A stretch of DNA of 64,000 bases from a virus: positions 20,003 to 84,002 of the IMG/VR virus record IMGVR_UViG_3300009149_000019. One strand, 5' to 3'. The notes beneath the pieces were generated by a model. That model made no database searches, was not told the origin of the DNA, and was given only the letters and a program-made list of their open reading frames with translations. The position numbers were made by a program, and so were the translations under genes. Numbering within the stretch: the first letter of the stretch is position 1; each line of letters begins with the position of its first letter. Below, one piece after another: positions 30,920 to 40,867 of this stretch.

Positions 30920-31645
30920 ATGGATAATCCATATAAAGAATTCTTAGAGATAACGTTTCCGTTGCTTGAGAAATTCAGGGAGATTACTCCCTCTTCTTTC
31001 AAGCACTGTTCAGCGGTTGAAGGAATATGTGCTGCAGTGGGATCAGAGATCGATGATCTAACCTCTGAAGCACTACGATGTGCTGCAAGATTTCACGATG
31101 TGGGTAAGATGTTTAACCCGCATTACTTTATAGAAAATCAAGATGGTACAAACAATCCGCATGATGAGTTGGATCCTTTAATGTCATACCAGATAATTAC
31201 CAGGCATGTATCAGACTCTGTTCTGGTACTTGTACAGTACGACTTTCCTAAGGATGTTATTGACATTGTGTCACAACACCATGGAAACACAATTGTTCAG
31301 TTTTTCTTTCAGAAGTCGGGCTTAGCTAATGAAGAGGCCTATAGATATAAGTGCCGACCACCTGCTACCACAGAGGCCGCTATCCTTATGATTGTGGATG
31401 CAGTAGAAGCAACTGCTAGGTCAGTTTACCAGAAAGGATTAATGGATACTCCTGAGTCCAGGAAGCAAGTAGTGACTGATACGATAGAACGCTTGAGTGA
31501 GGACAGCCAGCTTGATCATCTGAAGCTTGGTGTTCTCAAGATTATAAAGCGAGTCATCACAAGAGAGCTTGATGCCCTCTTTCATAAACGTATTCCCTAT
31601 CCAGAGGATGAATCCTCTGAGTCCAAAGCAAAAAAGAAGAAGTAA
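30920..31645 (+). CDS. Stand-alone HD domain of PgpH-type (7TM-HD family) cyclic-di-AMP phosphodiesterase
   Basis: KHC, FHDVGK..P.YFIENQ...NPHD.LDP..S..IITRHV, QHHGNT, YRY..RPP.T.EAAILMIVDAVEA..RS. Confidence 0.8.
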   Translation: MDNPYKEFLEITFPLLEKFREITPSSFKHCSAVEGICAAVGSEIDDLTSEALRCAARFHDVGKMFNPHYFIENQDGTNNPHDELDPLMSYQIITRHVSDSVLVLVQYDFPKDVIDIVSQHHGNTIVQFFFQKSGLANEEAYRYKCRPPATTEAAILMIVDAVEATARSVYQKGLMDTPESRKQVVTDTIERLSEDSQLDHLKLGVLKIIKRVITRELDALFHKRIPYPEDESSESKAKKKK

Positions 31646-31673
31646 GTTTAGTAAGTTACTAAGGTAACCAAAA

Positions 31674-31709
31674 CGCGCTATCCCACTCACCAGGGTAGTG
31701 CGCATTTTT
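31674..31709 (+). terminator. Intrinsic terminator-like hairpin
   Basis: CGCGCTATCC..GGGTAGTGCG then ATTTTT. Confidence 0.6.
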
Positions 31710-31726
31710 AATAAAGGAGTGCGTGT

Positions 31727-32320
31727 ATGACAGAGAGCTTGATTGACTTAAATGAGCGTTTGTGGCAGGCAGTTATGGTAGACGCCGTGGAGGAGGCAAA
31801 ATTTCTTATACAGTGCGGAGCTGATATTGGTTACATGATGGCTGATCGCTCCCTCTTAGATGTAGCGGTTTCAAAGGGGTGCGTTAACGCTGTAAAGCTT
31901 CTCCTCAAAGCAGGGGCTGATGTTAACAGCATGTTTTATTGTACTACTACAAGCATCGTCTTAGCTTGTGAGCTGGGCAACAAGGAGATAGTGGAGACGT
32001 TACTTGAGGCAGGTGCTGATGTTAACGATGTTGGGGTGAGTGGATTATCTCCTCTTATAGCAGCATCTGCTTTTAACAAAATGGATCTAGTGTCTTTATT
32101 GTTGGAAAGAGGAGCATATCCTGACATAAAAGATCATGATGGAAGGACTGCACTGTTTTATGCGTGCCGACACGGCAGTAAAATGGTAGAGGTACTCCTC
32201 AAGTATGGAGCAGACCCTTCAATAGAGGATAAATCAGGAAACACCTGTCATGATCGTATCTTATGTAAAAATAATGACATCTATAAGCTACTGAGGGAAG
32301 CACTACCGAAAGAACTGTAG
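31727..32320 (+). CDS. Ankyrin-repeat protein
   Basis: VKLLLKAGADVN, VETLLEAGADVN, GLSPLIAA, GRTALFYA, LLKYGADP. Confidence 0.92.
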   Translation: MTESLIDLNERLWQAVMVDAVEEAKFLIQCGADIGYMMADRSLLDVAVSKGCVNAVKLLLKAGADVNSMFYCTTTSIVLACELGNKEIVETLLEAGADVNDVGVSGLSPLIAASAFNKMDLVSLLLERGAYPDIKDHDGRTALFYACRHGSKMVEVLLKYGADPSIEDKSGNTCHDRILCKNNDIYKLLREALPKEL

Positions 32321-32334
32321 AATATCTAGGGTAT

Positions 32335-32364
32335 TTGACAACACAAGGCATTACGTGGTAATTT
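32335..32364 (+). promoter_or_regulatory. sigma70-type promoter
   Basis: TTGACA-N18-TAATTT with TGn extension. Confidence 0.55.
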
Positions 32365-32397
32365 ATTATAGCGTCATGCCTTACGGAGGATTTTCAT

Positions 32398-32631
32398 TTG
32401 ATAGAACTATTAAAAGCAAGATGCCAAGAAGACGAGGCGGTGTTTATTCCTATTCAGAACATTGGTAACATTTCTGTTATAAAGGAAGAAGGCACTGGAG
32501 TAGAACCACAGTTCTCTATTTTGTATTTTGACAAAAGAGGGCAGGTGATTACGAAAAAAGAAGGATTCGCATCATTCTCTCAGGCAGTTACTGCCGTTGA
32601 GAGGGCAGGACTAGTTATCACTATTGAATAA
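32398..32631 (+). CDS. Small hypothetical protein
   Basis: GGAGG SD, TTG start. Confidence 0.6.
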   Translation: MIELLKARCQEDEAVFIPIQNIGNISVIKEEGTGVEPQFSILYFDKRGQVITKKEGFASFSQAVTAVERAGLVITIE

Positions 32632-32639
32632 AGTAGGGG

Positions 32640-33281
32640 GTGGGTATGTCTAGCTACGAGCGATGTTGCTATGCTGCCCACATAGAGTATGTTCGTATTC
32701 GATCAAAGAGATCTCCGAAAGGACTAGACAAGTATAGGATGTGGGATAGCAAAAGACACACGTTTTTCGGAGACAAGTGTTGGAAAAACAGAACTAGGCG
32801 TATTAGACAATGGGATATAGATTCAAGTAGAGATAAGCCCCTATGGTTTCTGTATAGACATATAGGAGACTGGTGGTCCCCTGCTCCTATGAGACGGTGG
32901 TCGGAGTTTCTTGAGAAGAATCGTAAGCAAAGTATTCGAAATAAGTTTTGGCCTGAAATTAGAGAGCTAAATCGCTCTTGGAAAAAGATAGAGACAATGA
33001 TGGTGGGGCTGGCTACTACGCTACCAGAGGCTGCTATATTGTTGGAGGAGTTTCTAGACATAGAAGATTCGTTGTTAGTTTTTAATAAAAAGGCGGTAGA
33101 CCCTGAGGATGACACAGAGGTATTCAAGGAAGCGTTTAGAAAAATAATTAGGATTTTGATTAAGCTTCCTCCAGCTTACTTTACTAGAGCTGTGTTGTTT
33201 AACGACCTTGGTATACCTGGTTACTTGGTTGGCGAGGTTAACCAAAAGTTGACAGATCAAAGACAACTTGATACTGTTTAA
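32640..33281 (+). CDS. Hypothetical protein with C-terminal box variant
   Basis: Arg/Trp-rich N-terminus; KLPPAYFTRAVLFNDLGIP. Confidence 0.65.
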   Translation: MGMSSYERCCYAAHIEYVRIRSKRSPKGLDKYRMWDSKRHTFFGDKCWKNRTRRIRQWDIDSSRDKPLWFLYRHIGDWWSPAPMRRWSEFLEKNRKQSIRNKFWPEIRELNRSWKKIETMMVGLATTLPEAAILLEEFLDIEDSLLVFNKKAVDPEDDTEVFKEAFRKIIRILIKLPPAYFTRAVLFNDLGIPGYLVGEVNQKLTDQRQLDTV

Positions 33282-33351
33282 TGTAACTACAAATAATTTA
33301 CAAGTGAGGCACAGAAAAAGGTCTGTGCCTATTCATAAGGAGGTTTACTTA

Positions 33352-34449
33352 ATGTCAGATTCTTTCATTTCTTATTCTTTTGTCAAAAACAACTATGGTC
33401 CATTTGGAATGGAGCCTTTGGAAGAAAGGACCATTGAGCTGCTTAGGAAACAGCTAGGTAAGGGGTCTTTTCAGTTTGTGAAAAGCGGACTTGTAATTGT
33501 ACAGGTTATAGACACGGATCAACTCCTGAGTGTTTTCAGTTCCCTAGGTGACCCCATTATGCTGAGCGGTACAACGTTTCTTATTGTTAAGAAAAATAAG
33601 AGTTGTATTTATTTTAATATTAATCGCTACAGCGATCATGCCAGACTTGAATGGGTGACACACGTCAACAAGCAGGAAGACATGGAAGACGTGTGCACAG
33701 CGGTATCCAATGTATTAAAAGACCTGGAGATAACACATCATGTCATTGCGGGAGTGAAGTGGTACCACAATACGGTAAAGGGAATAAAGAAAGCCGAGAT
33801 TACAGAGTTTCTTGGTGATACTTTCCATAAAGAGGCCTACCCTTTTCTAGGGGATGTTGATCAGGTCATCTCTGACTACTTAGAGTCATCTGAAAAGGTG
33901 ATTGTACTGAAAGGCCCTCCAGGAACGGGTAAGACACGGTTCATCAGACATCTTATGAGAACTATAGGCCTTGCACGTAGGAACTATGTACATGCTTCAT
34001 TTACGAGTGACACTGCGGTTCTTCACAGTGATGAGATGTTTGTTGAGTTCATGGAGTCAGGGGATCAGGTTCTTATCTTGGAAGACATTGATTTTAATCT
34101 TGCTCCAAGAAAGGATGGTAATACATCCATGTATCACCTCTTGACAATATCAGACAGTATCTTAAGTAATGCACGGTTTAAGGTTGTAGTATCAACAAAC
34201 CTTAGCTGTGTGAAAGATATAGACCCTGCCTTGTTGCGTCCTGGGCGATGCTTTCAGGTCCTTGAATTTCGTGAGCTAACAATTGCAGAAAGCAAGAAGC
34301 TGTTGGCAGCAATGGGAAAGAAGTTACCAAAAGAGGTTCTTAGCAGAAAAAGCCTCTCTTTGGCTGAGATATATAGGATAGCGTCAGGACGTGCTACTAC
34401 TGCCCCTGAGCAGAAAACATTTGGCCTAATGGCCCAACTACCATCTTAG
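33352..34449 (+). CDS. AAA+ ATPase (classical AAA clade)
   Basis: GPPGTGKT, ILEDID, STN..DIDPALLRPGR; AAGGAGG SD before ATG 33352. Confidence 0.88.
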   Translation: MSDSFISYSFVKNNYGPFGMEPLEERTIELLRKQLGKGSFQFVKSGLVIVQVIDTDQLLSVFSSLGDPIMLSGTTFLIVKKNKSCIYFNINRYSDHARLEWVTHVNKQEDMEDVCTAVSNVLKDLEITHHVIAGVKWYHNTVKGIKKAEITEFLGDTFHKEAYPFLGDVDQVISDYLESSEKVIVLKGPPGTGKTRFIRHLMRTIGLARRNYVHASFTSDTAVLHSDEMFVEFMESGDQVLILEDIDFNLAPRKDGNTSMYHLLTISDSILSNARFKVVVSTNLSCVKDIDPALLRPGRCFQVLEFRELTIAESKKLLAAMGKKLPKEVLSRKSLSLAEIYRIASGRATTAPEQKTFGLMAQLPS

Positions 34450-34461
34450 GAGGTTTAATCG

Positions 34462-36207
34462 ATGGAGACAAAACGAATGCTGTTTAACCAGCTACTGGCG
34501 AAAGTTCGAGAACTTATATCGGAGGGAGAGGTTGTATCTATGGTGTTTAGGGGTGATACCTTTAGAATCCTGTCTGTTGATAGGAAGTTAGGTAGAATAA
34601 AGTTCTATGATACCGGGAAAACTCTTCCCCTGAATAAAGATGGAATTTTTATCTGGAAAACTGACAGGTTTCTTGTTCCCATCTCTGGCTCCTTACTTGG
34701 GGATGTCAGGGAATTTGATGTGTGGCCAATCTTTAATGGTTCTCCTGAGTTTGCATGTACTTTGTTTAGGTCTTCTACGGGAACCCATATAGCAGACAGC
34801 ATCAAAGTACTAGTAGCATACCTAGTGGAAAGTCTAAAGAGCGCAAATCCGCATCCATCCAGGGTAGTTACGATTGATAAAAAGCTGTATGACGACAACT
34901 TTGTGTCAATTAAGAGTGCTGCCAAGACGCTCTCTGTTAACGAGGACATTGTTCTGAACGGGGCAGCCGATTGGAAGAAGAAGAAGGAACTGGGTCTTCC
35001 TTTCATTGAAAGGACACAGGGAAATGTACTTCTTTACGATGTGATTGATTATGTTAATACCGTAAAGGTTACTACTGAAGAAGCTAAAGCACTTCCTGAA
35101 AAGGAAGTCGCTACAAGAGTAGATGCGTCCAAAACGTCAATTGGTGCATTCGCATTAGAACAAAAGGAGTCAATAGCAATGAAGAGGATATCAGAAGTTG
35201 TGAAAGAAGTAGGATGCCCGTACCACAAGGTACACGGCATGGTCGCGTCAGGGAAAGTTAAGTGTGCAAGCAAGAAAGTTGTTAAGGGCAGAAATATATA
35301 TTACCTTGACGCTGATGCTGTTGACGCGGTAAAGGCTGAACTTGCTAAGGGGAACAGAAAAGGTGGCCTTAGGCCTGACCCTGAGCTAACGACCTTAAAT
35401 CAGCTGGCCAAAGAGATTAAAATCGACTACTATCATGTCAGGAAAGCAGCCGTCACCTTGGGTGTATGTCCTACAAGGGAAGATACTCAGGGTAAGAGGA
35501 CTGTTGCATACTATAATAAGGACACAATAGACATGATTAAAAGTGCCGTTCTCCTCACTACATGGAAACCGAAGACATCTCAGAGTGATGACCCTAGCCC
35601 GCGTCCTACTATGGTCCCCACGATGAAGTATGTGAAACTCCCTTGGCATGGACATAGAAGCCCATCCCCTATCGTAAAAAGCGCACGTAAGTTGGTTGTT
35701 GATATGGGTGAGACCTTTTCGAGCTTTAGCAAAAAGTGTAAACTTTCGGATGTTTGTGTGAGAAGCATTCTTCTCGGAATGAACGCCCCTCAAGAGAAGA
35801 CCATAAGAAAAATTGGAATCGGGGTCGCTATTCTCAAAAAGGAAAGAGAATGTTTAGAAAATATGGCGGATACTACTACTCCGCTAAATATGAAGAAGCC
35901 TATCATACAACCCCAGACACCAGATACTCCGGCATATGGTGACACGGTTACAGATCTCCCGAAGCCAATCAGATCCAGAAGTAAGGATCCTATTGCATCA
36001 CAAGAGTATGAGCCAATAGACCTTCAAATTGTGATGTATGGTGTCGTTGGCGGAGTCAGTGCGTGTTCTGCTATCATCGATGAAAAAATCGCAGTGCTGA
36101 CAAATACACTGAAGGCATCACCAAACAAAGAGAACCTTTCAAAAGCAATTGAGTCTTTTAGGAGGGATATTCGTAAGATAGTGGAGAATCTTAATAAGTT
36201 AGTTTAA
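34462..36207 (+). CDS. Large protein with several HTH-like segments
   Basis: SIKSAAKTLSV, RISEVVKEVGC..KVHGMVASGKV, TLNQLAKEIKI, XRE-like TFSSFSKKCKLS..PQEKTIRKI. Confidence 0.55.
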   Translation: METKRMLFNQLLAKVRELISEGEVVSMVFRGDTFRILSVDRKLGRIKFYDTGKTLPLNKDGIFIWKTDRFLVPISGSLLGDVREFDVWPIFNGSPEFACTLFRSSTGTHIADSIKVLVAYLVESLKSANPHPSRVVTIDKKLYDDNFVSIKSAAKTLSVNEDIVLNGAADWKKKKELGLPFIERTQGNVLLYDVIDYVNTVKVTTEEAKALPEKEVATRVDASKTSIGAFALEQKESIAMKRISEVVKEVGCPYHKVHGMVASGKVKCASKKVVKGRNIYYLDADAVDAVKAELAKGNRKGGLRPDPELTTLNQLAKEIKIDYYHVRKAAVTLGVCPTREDTQGKRTVAYYNKDTIDMIKSAVLLTTWKPKTSQSDDPSPRPTMVPTMKYVKLPWHGHRSPSPIVKSARKLVVDMGETFSSFSKKCKLSDVCVRSILLGMNAPQEKTIRKIGIGVAILKKERECLENMADTTTPLNMKKPIIQPQTPDTPAYGDTVTDLPKPIRSRSKDPIASQEYEPIDLQIVMYGVVGGVSACSAIIDEKIAVLTNTLKASPNKENLSKAIESFRRDIRKIVENLNKLV

Positions 36208-36213
36208 TGGAAT

Positions 36214-36248
36214 AGGGCTCCTTGGTATATAACTGAGGAGCCCTTTTT
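36214..36248 (+). terminator. Intrinsic terminator-like hairpin
   Basis: AGGGCTCCTTGGT..ACTGAGGAGCCCT then TTTT. Confidence 0.75.
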
Positions 36249-36258
36249 AGGAGAAAAC

Positions 36259-36984
36259 ATGAAAGCGATTTATTTTACTCGTGGGAGGGCAAAAGAATAC
36301 TGTGAGTGCGCCATTAACATCTATACTGGTTGTGATCATGGCTGCACGTATTGCTATGGTGCGTCCGTCCTTCATATGACACGAGAAAAGTTTGCTAACC
36401 CTGTTACCAGGAATAATCTTATAAACAGTATAAAAAAAGAAGCTCCTGCATTTAAGGGCAAGGAGGTTCAGTTATGCTTTGTCACGGATCCCTATCAGGT
36501 ATTTGATCAGGAGGTTAGACTGACAAGGGAAGTTATTGAGGTTCTCCATGAAAGTGGAGTTAAGGTATCTATTTTGACAAAAGGTGGGAACAGAAGTCTG
36601 GTTGACTTCGATCTCTTTGAGAAGAATCCATCTTTATCTAAATATGGAACTACCCTGACCTTTCTGGATGAAGCTAAATCATTGGAATGGGAACCAGGGG
36701 CAGCACCTCCTGAGGAACGCATAAACGCCCTTCAGAAGGCAAAAGAGATCGGAGTGGAGACTTGGGTCAGTCTGGAGCCAGTTCTCGATCCACAGGCTGT
36801 ATACTCAATAATAGAGAGAACACACACCTTCGTGGATATGTTCAAGGTAGGAACCTGGAATTATCATGAGGACGCCAAGAAGATTGACTGGAAACTTTTT
36901 GGTACAACTGCTAAAGAACTAATGGATCATTTGGGATGTAACTACTATCTCAAAAATGATCTGGTAGAGAAGATGAACGGTTAA
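36259..36984 (+). CDS. Radical SAM protein (spore-photoproduct-lyase-like family)
   Basis: NIYTGCDHGCTYCY, TDPYQ, ILTK, WEPGA.PP.ERI, WVSLEP. Confidence 0.85.
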   Translation: MKAIYFTRGRAKEYCECAINIYTGCDHGCTYCYGASVLHMTREKFANPVTRNNLINSIKKEAPAFKGKEVQLCFVTDPYQVFDQEVRLTREVIEVLHESGVKVSILTKGGNRSLVDFDLFEKNPSLSKYGTTLTFLDEAKSLEWEPGAAPPEERINALQKAKEIGVETWVSLEPVLDPQAVYSIIERTHTFVDMFKVGTWNYHEDAKKIDWKLFGTTAKELMDHLGCNYYLKNDLVEKMNG

Positions 36985-37006
36985 ATAAGTGAAGTTACTT
37001 TATAGG

Positions 37007-37037
37007 AATGGGCTGGAAACGTAGCCCATTTCTTTTT
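37007..37037 (+). terminator. Intrinsic terminator-like hairpin
   Basis: AATGGGCTG..TAGCCCATT then TCTTTTT. Confidence 0.65.
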
Positions 37038-37048
37038 GGAGGAAAATT

Positions 37049-37444
37049 ATGTCAAGCTTGAAAAAATATTTAGACTGTTTTATTGTATCTGTGCCTACTT
37101 TCCATGTTTATATTCCAGCTGAGCACATCATGCAGATAGGTGGGATAATTAGTGAGAAAAGTTCCAATGGAGAAACTATTTATATTATTAAACTTCATCT
37201 TAAAGACATTGACAGTCCTACGAAACTCCAAGTGGCAGACGTAGATGACGCTAGAAAGGTTATAACTCTTCTCTATAAACAGCTAAGTCGTTATCATTTA
37301 TTTAAGAATGTGATTTCCATGATGGGATCAGTTCCCCCATCAGTTTTAAAAAACATGCTGTTAAGCTTAGATGGGGAAGATCCATTAAAAGATATGATTG
37401 TTGCAACACTGTCAACTCAGGAACGAGAGGAAAATAACAAATAA
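37049..37444 (+). CDS. Hypothetical protein with C-terminal box
   Basis: SVPPSVLKNMLLSLDGEDPLKDMIVATL. Confidence 0.7.
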   Translation: MSSLKKYLDCFIVSVPTFHVYIPAEHIMQIGGIISEKSSNGETIYIIKLHLKDIDSPTKLQVADVDDARKVITLLYKQLSRYHLFKNVISMMGSVPPSVLKNMLLSLDGEDPLKDMIVATLSTQEREENNK

Positions 37445-37464
37445 TTTAAGGAGGAGGATCCTTT

Positions 37465-38598
37465 ATGGTTAATGTTGACGAAATGTTTGAGACAGTTGAT
37501 GACGTTCTTAAATGTGATACGTTACTAATAGCTTTACAGCACTTGTTGATACAGGCCACCAAAGAGTCTGACTTAGATTTACTTTATAGGCTTGATTGGT
37601 TAGGGGTATATCCACGCGTTTACAACAGTAGGGTAATGCAGAATGAGCGTAACATCCCATCTACACTAGTTGTGGGATCTTCTTATATACAATTGTTTCA
37701 GGGAGCAGGACATTCCATAGCTTTTCAGAGATTATGTTTATCCGTACACCCATCTTTAGACGCAGTTAAGCATTTCTTTTTAGTATTGAACATCTCGGGC
37801 GTAGCATGTGAAACAAGAAAGGAGTGGGAAAGAAGAACAGCATCCTTTTATATGTGTAATCGAGGGTTCGATTTAGACATACTGCGTTATCTTATTGATA
37901 ATCATGGGGCAGATGTTAATGAGCCATGTAAACACTTATTAGACAATGAAACAGAGTTTACTGCGTTACAGGCGCTATGTTTCTATGGACCTAAGGACTT
38001 GTCACTCCAGGAGCTAGCAAACAGACTGTCTTTCCTATTAGAGCATGGAGCTGATATCAACAAGGCTGGTAGAGAGGATAGTGACCTGGCTTCTCCTCTT
38101 CGGCTTGCTATTCATGCCATGGCTCCCTTTGCCTTTGTGAGGAAACTTATCGAGGCGGGTGCTGATGTTAACATGATACAACAAACAAGTACTAGGTATA
38201 ACAGTCCCATTACCTATTCTATTATGGTATCGTCATACAGTGATCGTGGGAAGATAGACCTATTTCTTTTGTTTGCGGATCATGGAGTAAAGGCTGAGCA
38301 TTTTTTATACGAACATCCAGACAGACACGATCTACCTAATAAGACTCCTGTAGAGTTCGTGGTTCGCTACTACGACGGCATTTCTATCTCCCTACTGGAA
38401 AAGCGTCTGCAGAAGATGTTGGGCATTGATAATGTATCATCCTTCTTTTGTAGATGGGCAATGTTGACAAATGGTGAAGACAAGAGGAAAAGATTGATTG
38501 GAGAAAATTTCTTAAAAAGAAAAGCTGCCCAGATCAAAAGGAAGTTAAAGGAAGCCGCACGCGTAGACTTATTGGAGGTTATTGCTGGTCATGATTAA
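37465..38598 (+). CDS. Ankyrin-repeat protein
   Basis: YLIDNHGADVN, FLLEHGADIN, SPLRLAI, KLIEAGADVN. Confidence 0.8.
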   Translation: MVNVDEMFETVDDVLKCDTLLIALQHLLIQATKESDLDLLYRLDWLGVYPRVYNSRVMQNERNIPSTLVVGSSYIQLFQGAGHSIAFQRLCLSVHPSLDAVKHFFLVLNISGVACETRKEWERRTASFYMCNRGFDLDILRYLIDNHGADVNEPCKHLLDNETEFTALQALCFYGPKDLSLQELANRLSFLLEHGADINKAGREDSDLASPLRLAIHAMAPFAFVRKLIEAGADVNMIQQTSTRYNSPITYSIMVSSYSDRGKIDLFLLFADHGVKAEHFLYEHPDRHDLPNKTPVEFVVRYYDGISISLLEKRLQKMLGIDNVSSFFCRWAMLTNGEDKRKRLIGENFLKRKAAQIKRKLKEAARVDLLEVIAGHD

Positions 38599-39538
38599 AA
38601 AAGAAATAAAGAAAAATTTGCTCCATGAGTTTGTAGAAAAGGCACAGAAAACCACAAACGGTTATGAGGTTATGGAATATCTGGTTACCCTTTGCGTGAC
38701 GAGTAGCCCAAATGATGTAAAAATGTGTAAGTGGTTATTAGATCAGGGCTTTAATTTTCCTGAATACCTTCTTAAAAATAGAGAAAACTTTCTGTACAGG
38801 ATTGTCGGCCGGATTAGTGATGACAACGTTGATTATATCCGTGCGTCACTGCCGATGGGGGTTATTGGTAAGTATGAGACTGTGGAAATGAAAAAGAACT
38901 CCTACAATGGCGCTTTTATCTCTAACCATCTTTCATATAATAAAACGCCAAGTATAAAAGTTGTACAATTTTTTATTGATAATGGTTGTGCCATAAATGT
39001 ACCAGTTAGAGGGACACATGATCCACCATTGTTAGTAGCTGTTTGTGAGGTTAAGCACAATTCCCTTCCTTTCGTACAACTTTTACTCAAAGCTGGTGCA
39101 GACCCAAACAACAGCTATGGGCGGCCTGATGGGGTCAGCACACTTACCCCCTTAATGGCAGCTTGTAAGATGAGGAAGGTTGACGTGGTTACTGCCTTGC
39201 TTGAGGCTGGAGCACGCATCCCTAAGGTAAAAAAAGGAGAAGACTGCCCTTTGATGCATTCTATGTTTTCTGGATGGCGGGATAACACCCAACATGGTAA
39301 GTCTGAAAGGATATTTAATATCCTTATGAAGCATGGGTATGACTCTTCTCTTCTCTACCGACCTGTTATGGAAGGACGTACTCCAATACATAATATAATA
39401 AGGTTTCGTTCTATTAAGTCACAGGCATCGACACTGAAAAAGTTATATGGCAAAAAGAGAGCATCTTCTATTGTGATGTCTTGGAGTATAGATAATCAGG
39501 AAGATAGGTATTCTGAATTACTCTCTGCTCTCTCTTGA
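38591..39538 (+). CDS. Ankyrin-repeat protein
   Basis: FFIDNGCAIN, VQLLLKAGADPN, TPLMAAC..VVTALLEAGA. Confidence 0.8.
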   Translation: MIKKEIKKNLLHEFVEKAQKTTNGYEVMEYLVTLCVTSSPNDVKMCKWLLDQGFNFPEYLLKNRENFLYRIVGRISDDNVDYIRASLPMGVIGKYETVEMKKNSYNGAFISNHLSYNKTPSIKVVQFFIDNGCAINVPVRGTHDPPLLVAVCEVKHNSLPFVQLLLKAGADPNNSYGRPDGVSTLTPLMAACKMRKVDVVTALLEAGARIPKVKKGEDCPLMHSMFSGWRDNTQHGKSERIFNILMKHGYDSSLLYRPVMEGRTPIHNIIRFRSIKSQASTLKKLYGKKRASSIVMSWSIDNQEDRYSELLSALS

Positions 39539-39564
39539 CATCCAGTAAAGAATCCTGATATGAT
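39535..39564 (+). promoter_or_regulatory. sigma70-type promoter for protease gene
   Basis: TTGACA-N18-TATGAT with TGn extension. Confidence 0.65.
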
Positions 39565-39591
39565 AGAGGCTACTATCAATAGGAGGATTCT

Positions 39592-40452
39592 ATGGAAACA
39601 TTTGCAACTGGATGGCTACCTGATTTTCCTGATATCAGAGATTACACAATGGACACTGAAGAGGTTAAACCAATTTTTGCGGCTGTCTGTAAGAATGGAA
39701 CTACCCCACAGTCTACTGTTGACTTGAGGGAATGGTTCTCTCCGGTAGAAAATCAAGGAAGTATTGGTTCGTGTACTGCACATGCAGCAATCGGTCTTCT
39801 TGAGTACTGTGAGAGACGGGCTTTTGGAAAACATGTTGATGCCTCACGGCTGTTCACCTATAAAGTGACCAGAAAACTGATGGGAGTTACAGGAGACACA
39901 GGTGCATTCTTGAGAACTGTTATGGGCGCTTTAACTATGTTTGGTGCTCCTCCAGAAAAGTTTTATCCCTATGTTGAGGCTAAGTATGATGATGAGCCTG
40001 ATCAATTTGTGTATGCGTTAGCCCGTAATTACCAGGCTACCAAGTATGTCAGATTGGATCCTCCAGGCTCAACAAGAGCACAACTAATGGAAGGGATTAA
40101 AGCTAATCTCTGTAATGGCCTTCCTTCAATGTTCGGTTTCTCCGTGTACAGATCCTTGTACAATCCAGATGTCTCTAAGAGTGGCAAGATCCCATATCCT
40201 GCAAAGGGAGAAAAGGGGGATGGTGGCCATGCTATCGTATGCTGCGGGTATATTGATGACATGGAGATCATCAATCCTTACGATATGCATAAAACTAAGG
40301 GCGCCTTCATCATAAGGAATTCTTGGGGAACTGGCTGGGGTAATCAAGGATACGGATTCCTTCCCTATGAGTATGTTGAGAAAGGTATTGCTATTGACTG
40401 GTGGACGCTTATTAATGCAGAATGGGTGGATACTAACCAGTTCGGCGTTTAG
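39592..40452 (+). CDS. Papain-family (C1) cysteine protease, no signal peptide
   Basis: VDLRE..PVENQGSIGSCT (Cys), SRLFTY, GGHAI (His), IRNSWG (Asn), WGNQGYGFLPY. Confidence 0.92.
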   Translation: METFATGWLPDFPDIRDYTMDTEEVKPIFAAVCKNGTTPQSTVDLREWFSPVENQGSIGSCTAHAAIGLLEYCERRAFGKHVDASRLFTYKVTRKLMGVTGDTGAFLRTVMGALTMFGAPPEKFYPYVEAKYDDEPDQFVYALARNYQATKYVRLDPPGSTRAQLMEGIKANLCNGLPSMFGFSVYRSLYNPDVSKSGKIPYPAKGEKGDGGHAIVCCGYIDDMEIINPYDMHKTKGAFIIRNSWGTGWGNQGYGFLPYEYVEKGIAIDWWTLINAEWVDTNQFGV

Positions 40453-40474
40453 GCCAGGACACTATTAAATAATC

Positions 40475-40509
40475 AAAGGACCGGACAACTGCCCGGTCCT
40501 TTTTCTTTT
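40475..40509 (+). terminator. Intrinsic terminator-like hairpin
   Basis: AAAGGACCGG..CCGGTCCTTT then TTCTTTT. Confidence 0.75.
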
Positions 40510-40519
40510 AGGAGGAACT

Positions 40520-40867
40520 ATGGAACTATTTTGTCCTTATTGTGGAGAGAAGACACAGTTCATTGCAGGTGTCCATGTCTCCGAGAGTTGGCTTGTATCA
40601 AATGATGGAGAGTTTACTGAACCCGTAGATAATGGAAACAATAATGTGATTAGGGGCCCGTTCGGCTTTGAGTGTGCTAACTGCCAAATGCCTGCAGTTG
40701 ATCTTGACAAGAGCTACAAAGTTGCGATAGCTGCTTATAGGAAGTATTATAAGAAATGTAATCCTCTCCCAGACTGTGCTATTAAGGAAAAATTGCTGTC
40801 GCAAGATATTTGTGAGGTAGAAAGGGAAGCATTAGCTTCTCTGTTAAAACGTAAAAGGAGAAGGTAA
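40520..40867 (+). CDS. Zinc-ribbon protein with C-terminal box
   Basis: CPYC...CANC; PLPDCAIKEKLLSQDICEVEREALASLLKR. Confidence 0.7.
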   Translation: MELFCPYCGEKTQFIAGVHVSESWLVSNDGEFTEPVDNGNNNVIRGPFGFECANCQMPAVDLDKSYKVAIAAYRKYYKKCNPLPDCAIKEKLLSQDICEVEREALASLLKRKRRR

